Assembly (NCBI RefSeq): GCF_026210795.1
Contig: NC_089430.1
Coordinates: forward strand, 2,480,001-2,544,000
DNA length: 64,000 nt
Source: Rhizophagus irregularis
Lineage: Eukaryota
Direction of reading: 5' to 3'
Shown: one piece after another, positions 1-12,479 of the stretch
Position numbering within the stretch: position 1 is the first letter of the stretch
How the letters are laid out: the number at the start of each line of letters is the position of its first letter
The notes under the pieces: model-generated
What the model was told of the DNA's origin: nothing
Seen by the model: the letters and a program-made list of their open reading frames with translations, nothing else
Database searches by the model: none
Program-made: the position numbers and the translations under genes

Positions 1-1013
1 GTATATATTTTGGTTTATTCTTTCTGTCGTTATCTTTATTTTATTTTCGTTATTTTTTTTTTCCTGCGCCACCTTCCTGCGCATTTTGGAAATTTGAAAA
101 ATAAACCAAAATTGATTTACCCCCTCCAAATGATCATTATAGTCATGTGATTGATCTTCCATTTCTTATATACGTATATACATTGTTCATTTTAATTTAT
201 ATTTGATCACGTTTTCAATATTTTGGGCAAATTCCTGGACTTCGATTTGGATTATATATGAATTCTCCTTTTGGTTTTATTATCTCTGCTGCCGATATTG
301 AAATGGTTTTGTTCTTTACTAACCTTTTGTAGTCGATGCCGGGGAAGGGTTCTCCAAGTTGCGTTCTATTTTAAGCTTTGCTAAAGACCAACAGTTCTTT
401 CATACTGAAAAATCCGTCTTTGATCGCTGAGAATAACCGTGATATGGTATTGAGGGCCAAGAGCTTGTAACGGCTATTGTTTTTGTTTTTGTTTTTAAAT
501 TTTTCCATTATTTGTAGTGGTGTTTTATGGTTTTTGTTTGTTTCTTTTATAATCCGATCTATGGTTTTCTTTTTATGTGTATTGTTTTTATTTTCTTTGA
601 ATTTCATCTTTACTTAATTAGGTTTATCCTATGAGTATTCCTTTCCTTTTTACATAGTTATTCTTCATAGTTTAACTTTTGTTCTACTCCCCTTACAAAA
701 TTTTATGTAAGGATTAATGGCACGTTTAGATTTACCGGTTGTCCAATCCTGTTTAGCGTTCTTTATGAAGGTTAGGTGGGAAGTAAATCTTACGTACAGT
801 AGCATTTACTTGGTTTAAAATATAGCTTTGGGAATGATGCTTTGGGTTATTCAGTTTATAGTCTTTAGTTTTACTTTAGTTTATTCTCTGAATAGTCTGT
901 AGTGATACTGTTATGTTGCTCTTACTTTTATATCGTGCTATTTTAATGTTTGTAAGTTAATATTGAAATTCACTATTTTAAATAAAGTTTGTGGATATCA
1001 TGCCTTGTTTGCC
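1..1013 (+). mobile_element. Probable 3' part of a non-LTR retroelement in tandem upstream of LINE copy A
   Basis: T-rich, no long ORF; ends AATAAA..ATGCCTTGTTTGCC followed by TAGTTTTTGACCAGTA, the same terminal layout as copy A (AATAAA..ATGCCACGTTTGCC + same 16-mer) although the upstream sequence differs. Confidence 0.45.
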
Positions 1014-1463
1014 TAGTTTTTGACCAGTAAGGTCCCTAAAGATTTGGAAACTTTAACCCGACATTATCGGTTTTTAAATCGCCTAATGCATTCAATACGT
1101 CTGTTGCGCAAATATCCTTCAATTTATTCTACTGTTCACGAATACAAATGGTCCATTCATTTGATTAGACTTCAAAACATTCTTCACTTATATAAGTAAG
1201 TGTTTACTTTCATTCCTACTCTACCTTCATCTCTCTCATCATGTCAACAAGATGATTTTAAATCACTTCTTGATGTTTTATCCAATATCTCCAAATCCTT
1301 ACAGGGATTTCACTTGCTTCAAGAAAAAAAATTTCAAGACTCCTCCATCCGTGCTCGTTTGGATGATAGAAATAATAACTTTGAAACTGACCTTTCTTCT
1401 TTTATCGATTCAGCGCTTTCTCGCTCTTGTCGCTGTATCACTTTGGATCATGTCTTTCTTGAC

Positions 1464-2324
1464 TAGAGCTCCGCAACCTGACCCGACAGATCAGGTGACC
1501 CGACGGGTTGACCCGAAATATTCAGGTCAGGTCATCAAATTCATGACCTGACACGGGTCGGGTCAGTGCTGGTCGGTACCCGACCTGACCCGTTGACCTG
1601 ACATATATTTGGGTCAAATAAATTAAATAACGCCAAAACTTATAATGATTCTGGCGTTTTTACATGTACAATCGAAAAAAAATGCCGAAACTATCAGTTT
1701 CAGCGTTTTTACATGTAAAATCAAAAAGAAAAACACCAGAACTAATTATTCCGGCGTTTTTACATGTAAAATCAAAAAGGAAAACACCGGAACTAATGAT
1801 TCCGGCATTTTTACATGTAAAATCAAAAAAAAATGCCGAAACTATCAGTTTCGGCATTTTTACATGTAAAATCAAAAAAAAACACCGGAACTAATGATTC
1901 CGGTGCTTTTACATGTAAAATCAAAAAAAAAAACGCTGAAACTACCAGTTTCGGCGTTTTTACATGTAAAATCAAAAAGAAGAATGCCAGAACTAATTAT
2001 TCCGGCGTTCTTACATGTAAAATCGAAAAAAAACGCCGAAACTATCAGTTTCAGCATTTTTACATGTAAAATCAAAAGGAAAAACACTGAAATAAATAGT
2101 TTTGGCGTTTTATATATAAAAACAAAAGTAAAACAAAACGTTTTTTTACAATATTTAATAATAAAACTTCGGGTAACCCGAGTTACCCGAAGTGACCCGA
2201 ATACTTTCGGGTCAAATGGGTCAGGTCGGGTCAGAACGGTTTACCTGACCCGACCTGACCTGAAAAAAAATTTCGGTTCAGGTTAACCAGGTAACCCGAC
2301 CGACCCGACCCATGCGGAGCTCTA
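1464..2324. mobile_element. Non-autonomous hAT-type element inserted in LINE copy A
   Basis: TIR TAGAGCTCCGCA / TGCGGAGCTCTA; 8-bp TSD TTCTTGAC (1456-1463, 2325-2332); clustered GACCCGA/GACCTGA subterminal motifs; removal restores LINE frame (VFLD-HPT). Confidence 0.92.
1630..2110. repeat. ~42-bp minisatellite (about 10-11 units) inside the hAT element
   Basis: Repeated palindrome TTTTACATGTAAAA + A-tract alternating with two hairpin variants (GCCGAAACT-ATC-AGTTTCGGC; CCGGAAC-TAAT-GATTCCGG). Confidence 0.9.
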
Positions 2325-5300
2325 TTCTTGACCACCCTACTCGGCCTCAGCTTTTAACTGATCCTAAGGACATAGATGATGCTGTTGTTAACCATTTTCA
2401 AAACTTTGTGCCTATAAAGTCCACTCCTCCTACTTCTATCGATGCATTACCTGATAGATGGTCTTCTGCCTATCAACCTATAGATGATGTATCCTCCTCC
2501 ATCTACGATTCTATAATAAATCCCCCTACCCTTGACGAATGGTTATCCACTGTATCCCCACTACTTACGAAATGCTCAAACATCTTGGATCTCATACCTC
2601 AGCTTTACTCCTTATTCTAATTCAATCATGCCTCTCCAAAGCTGATATTCCCGACTTATGGCGTCAAGCAATGGTCTTTCCCATTCCCAAACCTCACGAA
2701 TGGAAGTGTCAATTAAAAAACACTCAACCCATCACTTTACTTGAAGTGATTAGAAAATCTCTTGTCAAACTTTTCTATAATTGCCTTTCTTCTATTTTGG
2801 CTTCACATGATGTCCTTAAAGGTGGTAACTTCGCTAGTCTACCTGGTGGTTCTTGCCACGACCCTATTATTACTCTAGAATCTATTATCCATGATGCCGA
2901 TGTCAACAAAAATCCACTTTGGATTCTTTCCCAAGATATCTCTAAAGCTTTCGACTCAGTCGACCTAACAATGTTACGTTTCGCTCTTGAACGTATATGC
3001 CTTCCTGCTTCTGCAGTCAAATTTATCCTTTCACTTTCATGAAACGCACTAATAGCGTTTTCACTGCTCATGGATCTACTCCTGCTTATAGGGTTCGCAT
3101 TGGTATTGACCAAGGCGAAGTTATCTCTCCTCTTCTGTGGGTTATTTATATTGATCCTTTACTCACTGTTTTGAAGAATGAATTGAAGGACCCTTATGTT
3201 CTTTCAGCACCATCCTTAATTGCGTCTCAAGTACCCTCCCCTGATTTATGCATTAATAATTTAGTGTTTATGGATAATTTGACTCTTATTTCCTCGTCAA
3301 AAGCTGGCATGGAATTTATGTTATCCATTACAGAAGAATTTTAACACTTCTGCTAATCACAACAAATATGTATTGATTACCAATTCGTTACCTTTAACTT
3401 CCAATTCCACTCTTTCCCCAGTTATTTTTAATTTAGAATTATCCTCTTTAAATAGAGTTCCTTCTATTATTATTACTCCTATCTTTATGATGACTTCTTT
3501 TCGTTTTTTAGGTGTTTAAGTTTAACATTAAAAGTTCCAAAGATTTCGTTAGGAAACAACTCAAACGCGAATGTGATTCCTTCGCCATGACAATCTGACC
3601 TGCAAAGCTCTCTGCCAAACAAGTTGTGTATTTACACAATGCCATCCTTGAATATCGGATGCAAGTTACCCACCTGTCAGAATCTGACTGCCACCTAATA
3701 ATGAGAAGTATTCGATCTGTAGTGAAATACAAAGCTAATTTTTCCCGTTATCTTCCCAACCCTATTTCAACGACAATGTCATATTACTAATTTATTTTTA
3801 ATGGCTAATTCTTATTCTTCCTTTATGCAATTTCTTTTTATATATAGAATGCGTTTACTTCAATTTTTATTTTTGATTCCTATTTCTCCTTTTTTGATTA
3901 AGGACTGGTCTATATGGTCCTCTCTCTTCTTTCAAAAAGGATTATATTGCATGCACTATTGCTCTTTTGAATTCTACTCCCTTCCGGTTACTCCAAATTT
4001 AACTGTCAAAGCTCCCTAATTTATCTTATTCGAATGCATGTCACCTAAAGCTTTTAAGGCTTACTACTCCATCTTGCGTAAGTGACAGCTGTTCTATCTA
4101 TCTCAGCTTGTTACTCCACAAGGCACCCATTTAATTTCTTGGAAGGCCTATTATGAAAATTTGATTGGAAAACGCGGCTATGGTCACATTCCTTATTGGT
4201 ATAAAGATATCCAGCGACAAACTACCATTCCCGACTCTAATAATTGTCTAGTCGATGAATATATCCTGCCTATATCTGCGGATGATTCTTCATATTTAGA
4301 GCTTGAATCTTGTCTTTCTTCTCCTCCTACTACCATGAACTGGATTGTCACGTTGGACAATTTTGGTTCTCCCATCTTCGGTAAACAACTGTTAGTCCAA
4401 GCGGGACAGGGTACCTGCACCATTGTACATTGGATTTCTGCTAATTGCGAATCTTTGCCTGGCAATATCATTAAGCTTACTCCTTGCCCTGGATGTGCTG
4501 CTCATGTCCCTTTACCTCCTTCGAAAAAGCGGAATGCTGAATTAACTTGTTGCACACCGAACGTCTCTCTACAACATTCGCTCATCCTATTTACTATTAT
4601 TGAACGGATTAGATGCAATACTACTGCAGTGACTTCCCTTCTTACTTGGGCTGATATTGAAGATGGTGTTCGTCTTCATTATAATAGATGGGACATTGTT
4701 CCTGATTTTTCTCCTGAAGATGCCATTGTGGCTCCAATTACTTCTACCACTATTGAGTCCTCAGCTGCTGCTGTTTTTGCTAACTCCCCATTAACTCCTA
4801 CTGCGGATTCACGTTATATCTTTTTTACCGATGGGTCTCTTATCAACTTAGGAACTACTGACGTTTCTATGGGCTGGTCTTGGATGCAAATTGTACCAGA
4901 TGCTGGCTTTCCCAACTCTATTGCTACTTATGTACATGGCATTATCCAGGATAATCCTTCTTCCTCTTGAGCTGAAGCTGCTGCTATTTATGCCGTTTTA
5001 ACCATTTCTCCTTGCAACTCAGAAGTTACTATTTATACTGACTCGCAAACTGCCATTGATGGCCTTCGTGGTTGCTCTTCTTCTATTTATTCTAATAGCC
5101 GACTCTATTACAAAACTACGAACTTTGAACTCTGGGCTATTATTGAACGTACCATCTCTTCCAAAAACTTAACTGTCCTTCCCATTAAAGTGAAAGCACA
5201 CTCCGGCAATTATTTGAATGACTTTGCCGATTTCTTAGCCAATACTGCTCATACTTCCTCGTCCAGTATTTTGATTTCTGGCTCGGATCTTGCCTCCGCC

Positions 5301-6533
5301 CATGATTTTGTCTTAACCTATGATAATGATGTTGTTTGCGAGTTTAATTCATGACATCTCCTCAAGCAATACTATCAAACGCAGTTAATGTGCGATTTAT
5401 TACAATTAACGCGTTTTCAATTCACTTCTCTTTTATCTTTTAACATAGATTATATTGTTGATTGGGCTCTTACTTGGTTTACTTTGAAACTTGAGCCTTC
5501 TCATGACGCTTTTTTCACTTTTGAACATGCTTCACGGCATCGAACCTTCAAATTCAAACTTTTCCTGGATGAATTACCCACGTTGGAAAAGCTGAAAAGA
5601 GCACGTCTGGACTTATACTTGGACGAATTAACTTGCCGTTCCTGTATCGACCGCATGGAAGACTTGATGCACCTTTTTATGTGCAAAAAATGTCATTTGC
5701 ATATGCAACAAATTCTCCAATCTTATCAGAATCATTTGATTTCTAAAATTCAAGAAGCCGGAAAATTGGCTGATATTGATCCAACTCCATTTATTACTAA
5801 ACTGACCTCTCTTTCTTGTTGGTCCTTTTCTTCTACAAATTGGTCCTCCTATGCTCTTGTGCGTGGTTGTTTACCCAAACTCTTTGTTGACTTACTTGTC
5901 CATCCCAAGAAATTCTGCGTTGAAGGTTATCGCTGCTGTTCACAACAATTTTATTCGAAAATTCAGAAGACGAATTTGGAATCCACGTTCTTATGATAAA
6001 GGTAGATGGGAAAACGCGATGAACATTACTTACAAGTTGAAAACTACTCCAAGGCCATCTAATTTGCCTGTGTCAATGTACACACCTTATTCATCTTTAC
6101 CACCTCCGAGCCTACACGATTCACATGACTCCGGAACTGATTGGTTGAAGAACTCGATGAAATATGGTTTGCCTTGGTTTAATCACTTTTCAGGTTTTAT
6201 GGGTTGTCTAACGATGCTACTTAATAACAGCTTTTGCAGGATGGAGTGTCGATTTTTATAGTGGACGCGCTATTCGTTATTTTGTTAGCATAGTTGCTAC
6301 TACTTTGGTTGGAATATATCAAGGGGAAGATCTGGGAAAATTTAGTATAATGCGATTTTTCTTTTTTTTAGATTAATTTTTTACTTTATTTTTTCTTAGG
6401 AGACTATATAGCTTTGTTTTTAGTTAGTTTTATTTTTATATTTTTCTTTTTATTTTTTGTAAATTGTAAAGTTCGAATAAATTTAATAAAGATAAAGGCT
6501 ACTATGCCACGTTTGCCTAGTTTTTGACCAGTA

Positions 6534-6680
6534 AACTCAAGCTACGTCTTCACAGAACAACTATTTTACTTCTCTAAAGTAGTACTTTAGCTGAGTTTTC
6601 AGTTAAAAAAAAGGTAAAAAAATTTCTGCCTAATTACAAGTAATTATTTAGCTACAAAATCTAAATAGAAAAGTAAAAAT
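6534..6680 (-). repeat. Fragment of the 3' UTR of the ORF1-only retroposon family
   Basis: Matches ~8454-8570 directly and ~10340-10450 in reverse complement (AACTCAAGCTAC..ACTATTTTACT..TAGAAAAGTAAAAA). Confidence 0.75.
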
Positions 6681-7232
6681 GTTCTCTTCAAAATTTAAAA
6701 TGATGGATTCTGGAATGTGCTGTTTCAGGAAATTCTCAATTTAATGTTACAGATCAACCAATAAAATATAAGAATGAGAATTATAGGTTTAACAAGGAAG
6801 TTATAAATAAAAAAAGAGATGACAAGGTATCATATTTAGCAAAAAATTTCATTTGTTTAGAAAAAAGATGTATTACATCAACAATACTACCAAAAATTTT
6901 GTAAATTTCTTAGCATTCAGTAATCTAATTTGTAACTAAAAAAGAATCATTCTTGTATTGTATATATTAAATCCTACTAAATTATTTTTTAATTACATAC
7001 AAAATTCCAACACACATAATTCCAACTATCAAAATCCTAACAGTTATTATAAAATCCTGAAATTTTTTTTTACAAAATATTTTCATATCAACTTGCAAAA
7101 TTTTGTTATTTATTTTAGTAAAAATACTAATGCTATATATTTAACTTTATACCATTTTTGTAAAATATTAGTATTTAATTGAATTATTTAATTTTATAAA
7201 ATATATTGCTATAAACTTTATTATATATTATA

Positions 7233-7401
7233 CATGCCACCCAAATTATTTTGGGCTGCCATAATTATAAGTAAAATCCCAAATTCAATTATGGCATCCC
7301 AAATTATTTTGGCACTTTACATAGTAAATTATATATAAACTAAATGAATTACAGCATCCCAAATTATAATTATGGCATCCCAAAATAATTTGGGCAGCAT
7401 G
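7233..7401. mobile_element. MITE with TA TSD (Tc1/mariner-like); partial second copy at ~12050-12137
   Basis: ~38-bp imperfect TIR CATGC..CCCAAATTATTTTGGG..GCCATAATTATAA, flanked by TA. Confidence 0.75.
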
Positions 7402-7408
7402 TATATTA

Positions 7409-7907
7409 CAGTCATAACTTGATATAACGATTCGGGATAAACCAATTTTGGCCCATAACGAACTTTTTTCTTAAACCAAAACCATCTATAATTAATTATA
7501 TCACTATATACCGACTTTATTATAAATTTCGCGATATTACATATAACGAAGTTAATCATAAAACCAGTCATACTTATTTATTCGCGATAAACTGATACCA
7601 TACTAATTCTGGCCGGAATTAACTTAGTCTCGGCCGGCATTATTCAACGCAGCAGACCACCGATTCTCAATTTCGGTGCATCTATTTACAAGATTCTGTA
7701 TGATAACATTGTATTGAACTATTGGTATTATAAATACATTTTAAGGTGATAAAATTTGACTTTATATTGATATACTTTTTTAGATATACCGTTTTTATAC
7801 TTTTTAATATATCAATCGGTATAATAGAAATATTTGATTTATTGAATATTTGATATAACGACCCAAGATAGCTTGAACGGAGGGTTCATTATATCGAGTT
7901 CTGACTG
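7409..7907. mobile_element. pogo/Tigger-like MITE
   Basis: TA-CAGTCATAACTTGATATAA ... TTATATCGAGTTCTGACTG-TA termini; no ORF. Confidence 0.8.
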
Positions 7908-8299
7908 TATATATAAATTTAATCAAAGCAATATAAAATAAAATTAACCAATATCTAAACCTAAATCATTAGTAAGAAAATTACAATGAAAGGCTATGTG
8001 CAATTTTCTGAAGAAAATAATGAGTGGTTTTCTCTATTATTAATAATTGTCATTTTTGTTGGTAGTTTTTTTTCATCATGAATAATACAATACATTCAAT
8101 TTGTTTTTGTAATTCCTGAATTATCATATAAACACCAACATAGTTTTCACAAACTATAATATTCTAATGCCTATGCCAGGCCTCTACTATATTTTATGTC
8201 TGTGGAACTCTGGAAGGAATAAAGGAGCTTTACAAATAGTATTGCCATTTATGCACATATTCTAAAAAAAATTTTTTTTATTTAATTTTTTATTTTTAT

Positions 8300-8790
8300 T
8301 AATAAAGTCCAATACTGGGGTCATTATATCTATAAGGAATATTTACATAAAAATATGTGTGGAATCTTAAATGAAGTAATTAACCCAACCATTTAAGAGA
8401 AGCCCGAAGTAGTCACTTGACCTTGTCTCATAAAAATGCACAGGTCTGGTCACAACTCAAGCTACATCTTCATAAAACAACTATTTTACTCCACCAAAGC
8501 AATACTTTAACTGAGTTTTTGGTCAACTAAAAGTAATTATACAGCTACAAAAATAAAATAGAAAAGTAAAAACTAAACTAAATTCTATAGTAATGCTATT
8601 CATTAGATTTCAAATTCTGGGGTGCAGGATCTTTCAATGGGTTTTTTGTAGGAATGGCTTGCTTAAAAGCATTGGGCAAGGATTTCTGATTCTTCTTCTT
8701 AGGTTTAACATTACCTAACTGTTATTCAACTGATCCAGACTTTCAGTAATGCGCTTTCTTCAAGTTAGATGAGCGTCAACACCATTTCAA
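8300..8790 (-). mobile_element. Inverted 3' fragment of the ORF1-only retroposon
   Basis: Reverse complement aligns to ~10085-10550 (CTAACTTGAAGAAAGC, GGTAATGTTAAACCTAAGAAGAAG, ATTACTTCATTTA). Confidence 0.75.
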
Positions 8791-8959
8791 TTTTTTTTCT
8801 GTAGTCAGAAAAACTTGCGGTTTATCTAAGACCTTAAGTGTGACTTCCCAATTTTCAAAATAATTCACAAGTTTTCTCTTTCCTTTATTTGTATGAATTA
8901 TTTTAAACATACTAGCATCACACGTCGTTAAAAATGTAGTTAGTTTACAGAATTTCTCT

Positions 8960-10590
8960 CATTGTTTTCTTTTTTAGAGATTCCAATTTGCAGGAAACCA
9001 TCTCATAAATATACCTTCCAGATCAGTCGTCCTTTTACATTTTTAGCAAAAATTTTTTATAAACTTTTTACTTTATTTAAAAATTTTTTCATAAAATACA
9101 GTTGGAACAACATTTGAAAAAGACTTTTACAGTTTATTTTAAACAACAGGGAATCATTTTTAGAAAATGTTACTTTTTAGCTTAAACAATTTGTTGAAAA
9201 TGGTTTTCTAGATAAGAGTCTACAAGCTATGGACAAAGCAACACTTATAGTAGATATGTTTGGCAAGTCTACCAACCCAAATAACTTTGCTCAACAAGTG
9301 AAGGTGACAAATATACAACTTACTATCCTTTCACTTATATTTTCTATAGCTCTTTATACTTTGTCCAGATTATGGGATAATTTGCTACCTGCGTATATAT
9401 ACTATCTGATGTGGAAATGACTCCTGTTGATTAAACTGTGATGTCTGAAACTTTCCAGAAGAAAGATAAACAAAAGATGCATGTTATAGATGATAAACAA
9501 ATCAAGAGCCAATCAACAACAACAAATTCTGATGCACAAACAACAGCTCAAAAACCCTAAAAGGGGATGAAAATATCTGTACTTGAGGTTACTCACATAC
9601 TGACCAGATACAAAGAAGTTAAAGATGAGCAAGAGCAAATCAGAGATTTTATTGTATATGATATTCCATATACCTGGAACATTAAGAAAATCTTAGAAGA
9701 ATTAATGTTTTGAGGCAAAACTATTAAGTTGTCAGTAAAATAACAATACAAATATCAGACTCTTGCAATTAAAATAGTTTGACTCATTCACCCTTCCCCA
9801 GTTTGAAAGTTCTGGGAGGTACACCTGAGAGATGATTTCTCACAAGTTGAAATCTCTAAGAAAGAAAACAGTAAGAAAAATTCCTAGCCATTATTCATGA
9901 TATTCTGAAAGAAATGATGATAGTTACCTTGTGGGCAGACTGTAAACCTACAACATTTTTAATGACATGCAGTGCTAATGTGTTTAAAATCATTCAAACA
10001 AGTAAAGAAAAGAGAAAGCTTGTGGGTTATTTTGAGAATTGAAAGGTTACACTCAAGGCCTTAGATAAATCACAAGTTTTCCAGACCGTCAACACTTTAT
10101 ACCTAACTTGAAGAAAGCATTAAATAAGCTAAAGGTAAAGAACGTTCCTAACAAGAAGTCTGGAAACGCTGGACAACAATCAGGTAATGTTAAACCTAAG
10201 AAGAAGGATCACAAATCCTCACCAATACTAATGAATAAGCCACCCCTACAAAAGACCCACTGAAGGATCCCAAGCTTTAGAAATCGAAGTCCAATAAACA
10301 AAAAGGTTTTAGCAGAAATTTTAGTATTTCTTCAGAATCTAGTTCAGTTTTTACTTTTCTATAACTAGGCAGAAATTTTTTATTTTTTTTTTAACCAAAA
10401 GTGCTTTGGTGGAGTAGAATAGTAGTTCTGTAAATACATAGCTTGAGTTGCAGTCAGGCCTGCACACCTTACTTTGGACTTCTTTTGAGTGGTTAGATTA
10501 ATTACTTCATTTAGGATTCTACACATATTTTTATATAAACAGTCTTTATTTATAAAATAAAATAAAAATAAAATAAATAAAATAAATACA
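8960..10590 (+). mobile_element. Decayed ORF1-only LINE derivative with (AAAAT)n tail
   Basis: Broken ORF with RRM-like DFIVYDIPYTW..LMF*GKTIKLSVK, FKIIQTSK..RKLVGYFEN*, Lys-rich C-terminus, short UTR, A-rich tail 10553-10590; no ORF2 seen; 5' boundary approximate. Confidence 0.6.
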
Positions 10591-10839
10591 TAACTTTAAA
10601 TTTTTATGGTTGAATAAAAACATGTAAAAAAAGTTTTTTCTATTAACCATTTAAGAATGAACTTTTAAAGTTTTATTAATGAAAAGTTTCTTTTTAAATT
10701 ACAAGAATATTTACATAACTTTAATTAAACTATTACATCCATCCACTAACCATTTAATCTAGGTTTTTTATTAATTTAAATTCTACAGTAATGCATAAAA
10801 TATATAATCCTTTATAATTCAGTTAACAAATTAATAATT

Positions 10840-11700
10840 TCATGACAGAAAAAAAATGAATATATAAAAAAGGGATGAAATGAATAATGAATAATGGAAA
10901 AAAACAATGTAAAAAATAAATTGAAGTGAAAAGATAATGAAAAACAAAAATGGGAGTAAAATGGAATGATGTAAAATGAAATAGAATGATGGAGATAATA
11001 AAAAATGAAATAGAATAATAGGATGATGTAAACGAAATAAGATGATAAAAATGAAATGGAATGTTGCAAAACAAAATAAAATGATGAAAGATAATATGGA
11101 GTGATATAAAGTGATAAAAAATGATTTAGAACGATATGAAATGATATGGAGTAATATGAGATGATGAAAAATGATATAGAGCAATATGAAGTGATGAAAA
11201 AAATGATATGAAGTACTAATGTTGTGCCCCAAATCTCAATATGCTCCAAATTGATGATAATCATCGATGATTACTATATGTGAAAAGTGATGTTTTGAAA
11301 ATTCTTGAGGCATTATAAAGATGGGCTGATAATTTAGGCCGATCATTGATTTGGAGCAATCGTCAACTTGGGGCACAACACTAATATGGAGTAATGAAAA
11401 ATGATATGGAATAATATAAAGTAATGAAAAATGATATGGGAATAAAAGTGACGATAATAAACAAAAAAGATAATTAAAAATAAAATGGAAGCAAAGGAAA
11501 TGATAGAAAAATAAAATGGAGGCAAAGGGAATAATGAAATAATAAAAAACAAAAGAAGCAAAAAAAATAATAGAAAATAAATGAAAAAGGTGTGAAAATG
11601 AAAAGAGAATAAAGTGATGATAAAAAATAAAAGAAACTGTTAGTATCATTTTCAATAAAGAAAATAATAAAATAGCAAAAATACTAGTAATAAAAATAGA
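10840..11700. repeat. Purine-rich low-complexity (ATGAA/ATAAA) tract
   Basis: Strong A/G strand bias; produces spurious F/I/H-rich ORFs on the minus strand. Confidence 0.8.
11220..11380. mobile_element. 161-bp MITE with TGT..ACA ends and 4-bp TSD (Ginger-like)
   Basis: 13-bp TIR TGTTGTGCCCCAA / TTGGGGCACAACA; CTAA at 11216-11219 and 11381-11384. Confidence 0.75.
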
Positions 11701-12479
11701 TCTTACCTTGAACCTCTTAAAGTTATTTGAAGTTGTTTTCTGAAAAACAAGTTAACAAATTAATATAAGAGAAAAAAAACATCAAATTAGTGAAGTAATA
11801 AAAAAATTTTACCTTAAGAAATTCCAGCCATTTTGGAAATAATACTACAAAAAGCAAAAAAACAAAATATATGTTACAACTACTACATGTTTGTGTAATA
11901 TAAAATTACTTGATAAATTTTACCAGGGTAAAATTTAAAATTTTAATGCATTGCAGATCTATCCCAGTAAAATTCACTGAAGGTGAATGTAAATTAATCT
12001 ATAATTTATTTAAATTTTAAACTTTAGAAAAGCGTAACTAAAATTATATATATTGCCTAAATTATTTTAAGCTGCCATAATTATAAGTAAAATAAAGTAA
12101 ATTATATATAAACTGAATGAATTACAGCATCCCAAATGAAGACCCTGAAGTTTTATCAAAAAGGATATCTAATATTTAAAAAACATTGCAATCACATGGA
12201 CGTTATGTTTAGACCACCTACATAAATAACCATTTACAATTGTGTGACCACATTGTGTACAAAAATCTGATCTTGATATTTATATATATATAACACGTCA
12301 GCATTTGTTTTTTTTAATAATTTTTTTCATATCATTTCCTTTCTTCTTTTTTTTTGGGTATTGAAGAAAAAAAAAAGAAAAAAAAGCGCAGTGAAAAAAT
12401 GAAAAAGAGAAACAAAGGAACAAAAAAAAAACAAAAAAAAAGAAAAAAAGAAAAAGAAATTAGAAATGAATTTAGAAAA

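Larger units (their letters stand above)
1030..6261 (+). pseudogene. Disrupted ORF2 of LINE copy A
   Basis: RT motifs QDISKAFDSV, GIDQGEVISPLLW, VFMDN (FMDD in other copies); RNase H FFTDGSL, AEAAAI, YTDSQ, VKAHSG; C-terminal CRSC..HLFMC; many stops and frameshifts, hAT MITE insertion. Confidence 0.9.
1030..6517 (+). mobile_element. LINE copy A: 5'-truncated, decayed non-LTR retrotransposon (RT, RNase H, zinc finger)
   Basis: Clearly homologous to copy C from ~60840 onward; flanked by identical TAGTTTTTGACCAGTA at 1014-1029 and 6518-6533; no poly(A) tail. Confidence 0.93.

Noticed and set aside
1630..2110. CRISPR array
   Set aside because: The spacers are two recurring hairpin variants, not unique; the array sits in a hAT MITE in a eukaryote with no cas genes
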